Shown: positions 50,277-61,519 of the stretch, piece by piece
Layout: each line of letters opens with the position of its first letter
Position numbering within the stretch: the first letter of the stretch is position 1
Assembly (NCBI RefSeq): GCF_001194135.2
Contig: NC_068982.1
Span: 49,209,900-49,273,899, forward strand
Direction of reading: 5' to 3'
DNA from: Octopus bimaculoides
Lineage: Eukaryota
Length of the DNA stretch: 64,000 nucleotides
Notes under the pieces: generated by a model
What the model was told of the DNA's origin: nothing
What the model saw: the letters and a program-made list of their open reading frames with translations, nothing else
The model's database searches: none
Translations under genes and position numbers: made by a program

Positions 50277-50697
50277 TAAGGTGGCAAGCTGGCAGAACCA
50301 TTAGCATGCCGAGCAAAATGCTTAATGGCATTTTGTCTGTCTTCACACTCTGAGTTCAAGTTCTGCCAAGGTCGACTTTGCTTTTCATCTTTTCGGGATT
50401 GATAAATTAAGTGCCAGTTGCGTACTGGGGTAAATCTCATCAACTGGCCCCTTCTCCCAAAAGTTTGGGCCATGTGCTTAGAGTAGAGAATATTTAGTCA
50501 TATTAAGGTGACAAGCTGGCAGAATCTTTAGTATGCTGAGCAAAATGCTTAGCAGCATTTTGTCTGTCTTTACACTCTGAGTTCAAGTTCTGCCAAGGTC
50601 ATCGTTGCCTTTCATCCTTTCAGAGTCAATAAAAAAAGTACCAGTAGAACACTGGGATCGATGTAATTGGCTTACCCACTTGCCAAAATTTGAAACC
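50277..50697 (+). mobile_element. Two tandem SINE family C copies separated and flanked by the same 15-mer
   Basis: AATATTT(G/A)GTCATAT at 50262-50276, 50489-50503 and 50698-50712. Confidence 0.85.
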
Positions 50698-51187
50698 AAT
50701 ATTTAGTCATATCTTGTGGAAGTATTTTCACTGATCCATACAGATTAATTTTATTTTGGCCAGTACTTATATCTGATTCCTGTTTCTCACATTCATTGAA
50801 GCATAAAAAACCTTTAACTCACTCTTCAACATTCCCAATAAATCCTGGGACAATAGAAACAGTTTCTATTGCTCTTCATAATAGTTGGTCATGGTCAATG
50901 TGTTGTATACTGTTGATTTTAATTAATTTGTTGTATGCTCTTTTTATGTGTCCCATTCTTCTTTCATGTGATTTGCACATTGTTATTTGTTATTTATTGT
51001 AAACACAATATTTTTGTGTAAAACCTAAAAGTGGAGAACACAACTAGCTGGCTTCTAATAGCATTACTATTTACTTTGGTTTGTTAAGTTTACCTTCAGA
51101 TTTGACAATATTATTAGATTTTTGTTTTCTTTCTTCTTTTCATTATGGCTCTTTCATCATCCATGCTGTTATTAAACCTAAAGCTGC

Positions 51188-51220
<33 letters not shown>

Positions 51221-51239
51221 CATCATTATCATTATTATT

Positions 51240-51510
51240 CAGTTGTTTTTTTTTATATATTGTGCTTTCACTTCACTACCGAGCACAGCTCTGTGTACCT
51301 TGGGTATGAGCTGTGCTTTTCTGTGATGCTCTTATGGTTACTGTATTGAAAGTGTTTTGCGTAGGATGTGTGCAGTGCCCAGCAGTGCAATTTTCTGTAT
51401 GTTATATATACTTGTAAGTCCTGGTGTTTTTGTTATGTATTTGTCTGAATATTTTTTTTATCATACCTAAGGCGCCTACTATGATAGGAATTGTTTCTGT
51501 TATAAACCAG
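51240..51510 (-). mobile_element. Short Dong/R4-clade 3' stub within (TTA)n
   Basis: ETIPIIVGALGMIKK..IALLGTAHILRKTLSIQ*. The 3' UTR matches 25465-25586. (TTA)n at 51190-51239 and 51511-51562. Confidence 0.85.
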
Positions 51511-51562
51511 TTATTATTATTATCATTACTATTATTATCATTATTATCCTTATTATTATTAT

Positions 51563-52005
51563 AAGGCAGCAAACTGGCAGAATCGTTAGCAAGCCAGGTA
51601 AAATACTTAGCAGTATTTCACCCATCGCTATGTTCTGAGTTCAAATTCTGCCTTGGTCTACATTGTTTTTCATCCTTTCGAGGTTGGTAAATTTCAGGTC
51701 TTCTGCCTATAGTAGAAAAGGATTGTTATAAGGCAGCAAGCTGGTAGAATCATTAGCAAGCTGGGCAAAATACTTAACAGTATTTTGCCTGTGGCTTCAA
51801 ACTTTACTGCAAGGGCAGCAATTTTGGAGGAGGGAATGAGTTGATTAACTCGACCCCAGTGTTCAACTGGTACTTGTTTTATCGACCCTGAAAGGATAAA
51901 AGGCAAAGTTGACCTCAGCAGAATTTGAACTCAGAATGTAAAGACAGACGAAAAACTGCTAAGCATTTCTCCTGGCATGCTAACGTTTCTGCCAGCTCAC
52001 CGCCT
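51563..52005. mobile_element. Cluster of three SINE family C pieces (+, + truncated, -)
   Basis: GGCAGCAA(A/G)CTGG heads at ~51565 and ~51733; the inverted copy ends GCCAGCTCACCGCC at ~52005. Confidence 0.7.
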
Positions 52006-53883
52006 TTTTATTGTTAAATGTTATTAGGAATTGTGTAAAAAAAATTAACATATTTTATGTATTGAAGAAGTATAACCAATCTATTGCACATGTATTTTAC
52101 AACAAAATCTTAGATAGACTCCCAAGGGCCATATGAACTTCACTTGAGAACCAACACTTCAGGAAAGTCTTTGATTCCTGAGCTCTATTTCATAATTCCC
52201 AGCATTTTTACAACAGTGGAACTTATTCTTGTATCTACATTACATATTTTCGCTATTTTATTTGCCATGTCTTTATATCTGGAGAGTTTTTGAACCACTT
52301 TGCCTTGAGTTTATTCCCATTTAGACAAGCTATGTCAAATATTGTTTAAGACTGATAGCTTTTTCTCCTTTATAATGATGTCCAATCAATTTACTATTAA
52401 CCCATTGTCTGTCTATATATACCAATATTCACAAAAGAATCATTACATCATTATCATTTTCTTAATCTCACTTCCTCCTTATATATCATCCAATGAAGGT
52501 GATTGGAAACCTTGCCATGCTTTCTAATATATTCTGGCATGGCCAGTGTAGTACACAGAGTTAAAACATCATGTGGTTCCAATTACAATTGTTTATTTCT
52601 ATATTTTCCCATTTCTGGTTTGTAGACATGCCAGTCTGTCTGTCTGTTTAGTTAGAATTACTATTACTGATAGTAATATATAGCATCATCCTCATCATCA
52701 TCTATGATGATGATGGTGATGATGACATAGGTTAGAGTCTTTCTGGTTCTACCTCTTCCACAGATTTCCTCCACATTTAGAGATCAACATTTCAACAGTA
52801 GCTCAAAATAACATAAAGCCTGTGATTCCAAGCAACACAGATGACAATTCATGTATTATATAAAAATGGTATGTGTTACATGTAATACAAAATATGCAAA
52901 CAGAAAAATTGTTTAAAAGGTGTGAACAGAATATACCAAGAAAGATATGTATTGTAAATATACAAAGTTCTTTTGAATGGTACGTATTTGTAGAATGAAT
53001 AAATTCGTATGTGTATACTGAGGTGCAGTACAAAAACATAGAATGTATAAAAAAAAATCTGGCAAGAAAAATTGTTTCTGCATAAAGTTCCATACCGTAA
53101 TGTTGAATGTGTTTCTATCAATATGTAACAGCATGTAAAAGCTGTCTATAGAAAAGCTTTTGTGACATACTGCACCTAGAATGGTTGTCCATTACATGTT
53201 CAGTCTTGGCTTTTGTAGTAGAATATTCACTCAAGGACAGAGATGGTTTGACTTTGTGTCACAATATACTAATGTCAAGCAATTTTAATTCAAAAGAAAG
53301 CAGCACATTTTTTTAGCATTTGTAGATAGTAACTTTCACCAATATTTCATTAACAAATTGAACAATGTAATGCTGCTCCCAATTCTGCCGACAACCAAAT
53401 GGGAATGTCACTTTTGGTATTTAATTAAACAAGACTCAAAATTAAACATGTGAGTGTGTATTTGTATCACAAATGCAGTCTTCCATTTTTAACATAGGGA
53501 AGACAATATGAAAAAATTAAAGAAGACATTTGTGCATTCACTACAATGTATTCAGTTTATATGTGACCAATGGTTTCATCAAACTGGCCACCTTGCAGTA
53601 TTCTAGTTTGATATTCTGCACCAGAATTTACCACTGGTAAAGTCAAGCTACAAGATCTTGGTCCAGAGCTTCAGTTATTAAGCTTTCTACCCTTCTGTTT
53701 CTCCTCTTTCAGTCAATTTTGTACCCTGGTGTGGTTCTGTTCTTTGTTGATTTCTGGTTTAGTAATTGTTTGTAGAAAGGTTTTAATTTTTATGCTCTCT
53801 TTTTACTTGTTTCAATCATTAAACGGTGGCCATGCTGGGGCACTGCCTTGAAAAATTTGTTTTAGTCAAATGAATCAACCCCA

Positions 53884-54720
53884 TATTATTTACATTATTT
53901 ACATTTGACAGATATTTGTCCTCATCTTGTTTGTTGTAACACGTTTCAGCTGATATACACTCCTGCCTTCATCAGGTACCCTGGGGAAATTTCAAGCCTG
54001 GGTTCTCATTCTTAAGGTATTTTTCAATGTTGTTGTTGTTATTATTATTATTCAGGTCACTGCCTGGAATCGAACTCGGAATTTTGGGGTTAATATCCCG
54101 CACTCTTAACCACTATGCCATATGCCCTTGGGTAATTGTAGAGTGAATTTTAGGGTTTATAAATCTAATATTCTATCCTTCCTTAATACCGGTTCCCATA
54201 TGCTGTCCATATCTACACCCGGTCTTCTTAGGAGGTTGCTGTGTCCTAGCATATGTGCTGCTTCTTTTACTTTTCGTATTTTCCAGTGGTGTTCTCTGTC
54301 TATTATTTTAACTTCGTCCCACAGGGGGAGGTGGTCTCCATTTTTCCATACATGATCAGCTATACCCGATTTATCAATATCTCCCCATGTCACAACTTTG
54401 CGATATTTCTCTGTGCTTATTTTGAGGGGGTGACCTGTTTCACCTTTGTATAACCTACCACAGCTGCATAAGATAGAGTACATGCAGTTCTTGGTCATAT
54501 TTTCTTCTATTGGTGGTTTTACTTGAAGGAGATATTTGCAAAGTGTTGTATTACTTTTGAATACTGTCCTGATGTCCAAAACGTGTTGTATTACTTTTGA
54601 ACACTGTCCTGATGTCCAAAACGTTGTGTTAACAACAAACAAGATGAGGACAAATATCCGTCAAATGTAAATAATGTAAATAATATACATACATGATTCC
54701 TCATCTCTTAAATATAGAAC
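53884..54720 (-). mobile_element. 5'-truncated Penelope-like element with GIY-YIG endonuclease, pLTR and inverted terminal pLTR piece
   Basis: ORF 54157-54622: NCMYSILCSCGRLYKGETGHPLKIS..KSGIADHVWK..LWDEVKIIDREHHWKIRKVKEAAH. pLTR at 53884-54156; inverted tail at 54619-54722; TSD TGAATCAACCCCA at 53871-53883 and 54721-54733; inserted into a family D SINE. Confidence 0.9.
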
Positions 54721-55096
54721 TGAATCAACCCCAGTATTTATTCCTTTGTTAAATCTCCTACTTATTCCATCAGCCTTTTTTGTTGAACTACTTAGTTATG
54801 GGGATGCAAATACCAGTTGTCAAGTGGTGGTGGTGGTGGTGGGACAAACACTGACATAAACATATGTATACATATGAGGGGCTTCTTTCAGTTTCTTCAA
54901 CCAAATTGACTAACAAGGCTTTGGTCAGCCATAGTAGAAGACACTTGCCCAAGGTGTCACACAGTGGGACTGAATCCAGAACCATGTGGTTGAGAAGCAA
55001 GCTTCTTACCACACAGCTATGCCAGTGCCTATGTTATGGTTACTTTTTTGATTTCTTTTTTTTTTTTAATTCTTTAGTTTTCCTTTACTTGTATTT

Positions 55097-55119
55097 ACCC
55101 TAACCCTAACCCTAACCCT
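55097..55119. repeat. Interstitial (TTAGGG)n telomere-type repeat, about 3.7 units
   Basis: ACCCTAACCCTAACCCTAACCCT. Confidence 0.8.
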
Positions 55120-55310
55120 TTCTGCATCCTCATTGTCATTATCACCATTATCTCTTAATATCCATTCTCTATGCTGGCATACAGTTTATGCAGTTTATGC
55201 CTATTTAGTGCAAAGTATATTTTTGGTTTTGTGACATTATGGGTGAAATGTAGATTTCTGTTCTTCTTTGTATATTAATTTCGACCTTCCATGTTCTTGT
55301 CAAATACTAA

Positions 55311-55526
55311 CCCTTTAGTATTGTAACCAGCCATATCTGGCCAAAATATTCTGTTTCATGTTCAAACTAGCCAGATTCAAGCTCTCTCGCCTATCCTACA
55401 ATGTCATTCTAAAAATAAATAATGACATCATTTAAATTTTGAAGCTACAAGATAATGCATAATTAATTCAAAACAACATGAATAAATAAGCATTAAATTT
55501 GACTGAGTAATCTGAACGCTAAAGGG
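55311..55526. mobile_element. piggyBac-like MITE (216 bp)
   Basis: CTAA|CCCTTTAGTATT ... AACGCTAAAGGG|TTAA. Related pieces at 4678-4895, ~47900-48090 and ~55915-55950. Confidence 0.8.
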
Positions 55527-56179
55527 TTAACAGCATTTTGTAGTAAAGAATCTTGCTCTTTATAGAGTTATGTGTCTAGTCCACCTTTACTGATTCAAAT
55601 TTGGGACATACATGCCATATGTGTCAGCTTTTAGATTACATAGTCTCAAGTTTATTAACAGTTTTCCTTTGTCTTTTTATCACATTGAAGTTGTATCTTA
55701 CTCTCTTTAGTGTTAGTGTATTAATTGCCTTCATCTTATGTTTTCGTTTGATCCCCCTTTTTAGAATCAGCCTTCAATGTATTTGTTCCTTATGAACCTA
55801 TTCACTTTTATTGATCTCCAGACTCCATTTGTAACTAAATGTATTGTCAGTGTTTATCAGTTTGGTTAGCTTCCTTCTTCAAAGTGATCCTTGCACATTT
55901 GTGAATAAAAAAAACCTTTACTTTTGACAGAATTATGTGAATGCTAAAGGGTTTAGAGCTGAGAAAATTTTTTTTTGTAATTGAACGTGATGTATAACTT
56001 TATATAATCCATGAGGAGGATATGCCATTATTACGAAAAGATTATTATGTGTTTGTTGTTGCTGTTTAGCTTTATATGAGCTGTTACAAGTTACATTCAC
56101 TGGCCTTAAGAATCAGCAAGTTAGACACTTAACTGTAGGTGTTATTTATAAATAACAATGATATATTTCAAGGAAGAAA

Positions 56180-57400
56180 TGAAATACTGAGAATTAGGAT
56201 TTCATTAAAACTTTGTTGTAAAATTTGTAATTTCAAAAGATTCAAATACTCTCAGATCAATGATGTATTTTGTATGATGTGAGCTGTAGCAACAAGAACA
56301 ATTCTTTGTAGTTCTGATCCTTTGAGGTTTGTTGATATTTGACCATAGTCTAAGAGTACTATTTGGTATTATTCCCAAAGCTCTGAAGATCACAAATACA
56401 GTTGTTATTCTTAGATGCTACATTTTAAAGATATCTGTTTCAAGATTCTTGTATTTGCTTAACGTACAAACACTTTCACTAAGATGTTGCAGTCTACAAA
56501 GATTGACATACCTATGAACAGAAAATGTTTAGTTAATGTGATTTTTTACCATAATATCTGGTTTATTAACTGGAGTAGCTTGATCAGTTTGAATACTTAA
56601 GTCCCCAAAAGCAGTGATATATGTATTTTCTATTACTCTGGCAGACATATGTTCCCATTAGTTGTTCAAAACTGATGGCATATGATCCAGTGCAAATACT
56701 GAAATTGTGTTTCCCATTTCACTGTAATCAATCTTATTTACATCAAATAACTTGGTTAGGATTGTTCTCATACCAGGTTCCTCTTCTACAGAAGAAAAAT
56801 GTTTTGCATTATTGTCTGCATGTTTGTATGAATATTAATCTGAACGTGTTGAATCTGTTGGATATACAAGTCTGTCAACGGCTTACTTTTGTTTATGATG
56901 TTCCTGTTAACATCAGCTGAACTATTACTGTCTATATATAGTATGGTCTATTTGTCGTGTTACTCTTCCTCTAGTTTATATATGTTCTGCTTTAGATCTA
57001 CCCTATGGAAAATACACTGCAGTATAATAGACCACTAGTATATTCTTGCATCCTTTTTGTAGTCCACTTTTATCATTTTAACTTCATCAGATGAAGAAGA
57101 TATGCATGAAGGGCTAATGTTAGGAAGCATTCTGTTATGGGAAGCCCTTCATGCCTGTGTTTTGAGAAGTGACCGAACTTTTGATCCCAAATTGGTTTGA
57201 CTAATGAACACTGCCCTTTTCTTACCCAGAAACAATCAATCCAGTATGCATTTTCTTTAGTAAGCATTACCGATATACTTGTGTATTGTCCTTTATTACC
57301 AAGAGGATACTTTTAAAGTGATCCAAACACATGGGGGTCCTAGGAGGCAGGAAAGCATATCCTATTTTATCCCTTATTTCAGATTACTTTACTGTCTTTT
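56180..57400 (-). mobile_element. Older R4/Dong-type RLE LINE fragment
   Basis: WEHMSARVIEN..GDLSIQTDQ..NKPDIMVK..LSKYKNLETDIFKM*HL..VIFRALGII. Confidence 0.65.
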
Positions 57401-58399
57401 GTTAAATGATAATATTTCATAGAATTGTATGTAAATGATAATATTTCATAGTATTCTAGCAATATGGCACGTGATTCAGCTTTGTGTACCACCCCTGAAA
57501 AAAGGGCTTTTCTGTTTGATAATAGAATATAAAGGAGGATTAGATTTTAAAATATTTTGGTTGGTCTATGAAAGAAATAGTATTAGTTGAACTGGTCAGG
57601 AAAGTCAATATAGAAATAAAATATGCATTTGAAATAGTAGGAGCCATTGATATTTATTATTTTCAATGAATGGAAGTGATGGTAGATATATTTGATAGTA
57701 AAAGTGAGCCATGATGGAAAACTGGCTAACTTGTTTTAGTTGTTGTTTTGATTCATCTTCATGAACAAATAGATAAGTAAATATACATGTCATTACTGTA
57801 TTCACAACATTCAAGGGTGTGCTATTTCCTTCAGAAGACATCCACCAAGCAGGTAGGCACAGCAAATGAAACCAGTTCAAGGTGACAATGTTTAATTAGA
57901 GACAGCAAGGGAAACCTTTCTGCAAACCAAGTTCAATACCCTTTGTCCACTCAGGTGAAGCATACAAGCTAAGGAGCAAAATGCCTGTGACCCTGAGGTA
58001 CCTGCTGATGATCTGAAAGAGTTCCCATCATTAAGATGGATTTATAAGGTCTTGCAAAAACTCTGAGTAGCTCCAGCCTTATTCTGCAAGTGATCAACAG
58101 TTTTACAGAAAATCAAGAAAAAATGTAACCAATTTGTTTTGTTTCAACTACTATTTCTATTTGTCTTCATACTGCATTTACAATGTTTAATTTGTGTATT
58201 TTCTTTGGTCTAAATGTTCTTAAAGGGGTGTAGGGAGCTAAGAATAGAAGTAGGACCTTTGGAGTCTCATAGCTGCCTTTTGCAAAGAATTGTCAGGTGG
58301 ACATGGATCACTATTCTCATTCAATATCTCACTGGGTATCCAGTGAATTTATCAGCAACAATTCATCTACAACAATTCATCTGCATAAAAAGAAAGGTT

Positions 58400-59720
58400 A
58401 TGTGCTATTCTATGAATATAATCACAGGTATTTGTACTGCTGAAATTTTCCACTCGTCTTTTTATAGATTTAGCAGTATCACGGTAGCACTTTTTTGTAG
58501 TTTCAGTGTCCCTCCCAGAGAGATCTTGTTCTGTTTGAGCCTCATTAAAATTTTGCTATTTCTTATGACAGTCAATGAATTTCCATATGTTTGGCTGGTG
58601 AGCAGCAACCTGGGCCTGGAAAGCCCTATACTATCCTTCTACTGCATTATTTGCTTTTGGTAAATTTTGCAAAGCCTCATCGTAAACATTCCACATTTCA
58701 TAAGCAAAAATAGGAGACCTTCACTTATTTCTCCATCCAAGGCAACTGATCTATGTGTCCTCAAATTAATCTATTACATCTTGAGCTTTATCAAGAAAAA
58801 TATTATCGCATAATGTCTCAAATGTCACAGTCACTTTTTCAGCTGGAACAAATGCTATGGTTGACAACATCTGAAGCCCCATAGCAAATTCAGAATTTGT
58901 TTTGTATAATCTCTGGAGACCATTTCTTTGAACTGAACAGAATACACTTTGACAGAAATGAAAAAAAAACCTTTGAATTTTACATTTGGAAATTTCTTAA
59001 GGAATGCATCCTGCATAGCCTTTTCAAAGTCTATCATTACAGTTGAAGATGCATAGGATGACTCTAAATTTTTTATTTTCTGTAAAAGCTGACTATAAGT
59101 TTCCTCACATTTATTGGGTAGTAACGCAAATACCAACTGCAGATTTTTCTCTTAAACCATGCAAAGTACAAAGTATACAGCTGGTGAAACAACAATGGAA
59201 CTGTCTTGAATGTACCATCAACAAACCATTGATTACTTTGTGAAAGTAAATGAAGGTTGCATTTACTAGTAAAAATTAGCATGTGTTTATCACTTTGACC
59301 TGAATTATTTATTAAGAATGTCTCACCTTTAAAGGATTTCGTATATTTGTCTGGAAAAATTAATTCATTGCAAGTCATCGGTAAGGCTGGAATTGCATTA
59401 TAAAACATACTATCCTTTTAAGACTTTGTGTCAACAGGAGTCTAGACATAGCAGCCTCACTATAACCTTCGAAGGCACTTGATATTATTGATTGTGGTAT
59501 ATCATTAGTGGTTCTCACCATATGCTGTATTTTTATAGCAATTTCTGTAGCTTCAACTTTCGCAGCATCTATTGTATGATTGTGTTCATTTGCAAGACTA
59601 GTTATTTCTTCCTCTAATGTAGTTACATGAGCACTTCCAGTAAGTCTTGGCTCCATTCTCTCTATTTTTATAGAATAAATAACCACCATAAACTAAATTT
59701 TTTTGTCGTTTCTCTGTTTC
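58400..59720 (-). mobile_element. MULE (Mutator-like) transposase, frameshifted
   Basis: Overlapping ORFs: EHNH (FLYWCH-like end), QWFVDGTFKTVPLLFHQLYT, VFALLPNK.EETY, MIDFEKAM..FPNV..GFFF, then YFEDT..WNVYD..PKANNAVEG..PNIWKFID. Confidence 0.85.
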
Positions 59721-60934
59721 TATATATTGAAGAACCATTGTATGGGCCTCAGAGTACTGACATTTTAATCAGTTTTTTCTTAGAATTACAACAAAGCCTC
59801 CAAAAAAAATGCTGAGAATTTTTAAATTGAAAGGTGCTCTTATTGTTACATATTGTTCTCTTTAGGAAAAATAAATTGTCATGCAGTGGTAGTTTGGTCA
59901 TTAAGAAAAAAAAGTTTATAAGTTTATAAGCTCTCTCTGTATCTCTATGTAGTTTTATCTGTAGATAAATTGTTGTAGACAAATTCACCTAGAACCATCT
60001 CACTTGATGGCTCCTAGTACCACACCCTGGTATCCCACTTCAACTGGTGGACTAAACTAAGTGAGATGTTGGTATTAACACTGCACCAGTCGGTGAAAGA
60101 CTTCAGGTAAGGCTTCTCAAGAAGTTACTGGCTAGGGAAGAAGAACTTTCTCAGGTCAACAGCCTAGTGTTTGGGGCCAAGGTGTGTTTCAGGTAGAGGC
60201 ATATGGTTGTGGCTAACAGCTTGAGGACGAATGGGCACCACCAAGCTAACTTGTCCATAGTATATTCAGGATGACAAGCAGGCTATGACCCATACCAGGT
60301 CAGTTGTCACCTGAGTTATTATCTATGGGTAGACCAGCTTCAGTTTCCCTGATTCACAGAGGGCAGCAAAAGACTGAGAAAAATGGTGAAATTTAGTTAC
60401 GACATCACCAATGAATGCCTCAATGACCACGTGGTCAAGGGATAGGAAGGAAGGAAAAGTGTTTAACAGTTTTCTAAGTTTGTAAAAGTTTTGGCTGTGT
60501 TTCACAGCTTTCGTTATTTGTAATCTTAAATTTTCAACTGTTTGTCTTTTGTTTTCAGTTCTGAAGTGCTCTGAATTTTGAATTTTGTGATGACAGAAAT
60601 TGCAACCTGGGGTGTTTCAAATTTCTTTGGTGATCAAAAAGAGCCAATTCTTGTATGTTTCTGTAGTAAGAAAAAGCTATATACTGACAGAAAATTGTAG
60701 ATTTTGAAATTTCTATGGTTATTATTTAATGAAAATTTCAGTGAGACAGATTGTTTTTGCATTTCTGTTTCTTCAGCAGTTAACCAACTGGAGCAACAAA
60801 AAACATATCTTATCACTACAGTAGCCCCATTTGTGTCATTGTTGCTTTTTTTAAGGCTGTCAAGGTAGTGAGCCAGCAAAATCATTAACGTGCCAGGTAA
60901 AATGCTTAGTGGCATTTCATCCACCTTTACACTC

Positions 60935-61246
60935 ATGTTTGTTTGTTTGTCCATAGACAAGATATCCCAAGAACTGCTGGATGAATTTGAATGAGACTTT
61001 CAGGAATGTTTGGCCTCATGACTGGCATGAACTGATTAGATTTTGGGCTCAATCCAGTATCGGACAAGGATTCTGGATTATTTTCCCGTTTTTTGTTTTT
61101 TTTTACTTAATTTTTGAAGGCAGTCAGGTTCACTTTTAGTATTCTTGTTTGTGAGAGCAGTTGAGTTTACTTCAGATATTCTCTAATTGTTGAGAGGACG
61201 TTGGTGTTGCCTTGGTGGAGGTTTGTGTTCTCTGAGTGCTCTTGTT
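60935..61246 (+). mobile_element. Helentron-associated HINE/DINE-like non-autonomous element, 5' end missing
   Basis: (GTTT)n start, GATTAGATTTTGG, and the 3' terminus GCCTTGGTGGAGGTTTGTGTTCTCTGAGTGCTCTTGTT resemble HINE ends (recognised from memory of the family). Confidence 0.45.
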
Positions 61247-61519
61247 ATAATTATTATTGATGTTGTTGTTGTTGTTATCAAGGATAGTGGATTGGCAGAT
61301 TCATAAGAGTATCAGGAAACAATGCTTTAATGTTGTGAGTTCAAATCCTGCTGAAGTCAACTTGGTTGTTCATCCTTTCTAAGTTGCTAAGATAAAGTAT
61401 CGGTCAAGTACTAGCATTTCTGATAATGACTAAGACCCATCCTTCAAAATTGCTGGCCTTGTGTCTTAATTCAAAACATTATTATTATTATTACTATTAT
61501 TATGAAAATGCAAAACATG

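Noticed and set aside
58214-58663. 149-aa plus-strand ORF
   Set aside because: It is antisense to the MULE transposase C-terminus.
57881-60311. GGTGACAA ... TTGTCACC as possible MULE termini
   Set aside because: Only 8 bp are complementary, there is no extended TIR and the flanks give no TSD.
60000-60500. GC-richer island that might be an exon or promoter
   Set aside because: No recognisable ORF or splice pair; more likely an unclassified TE UTR.
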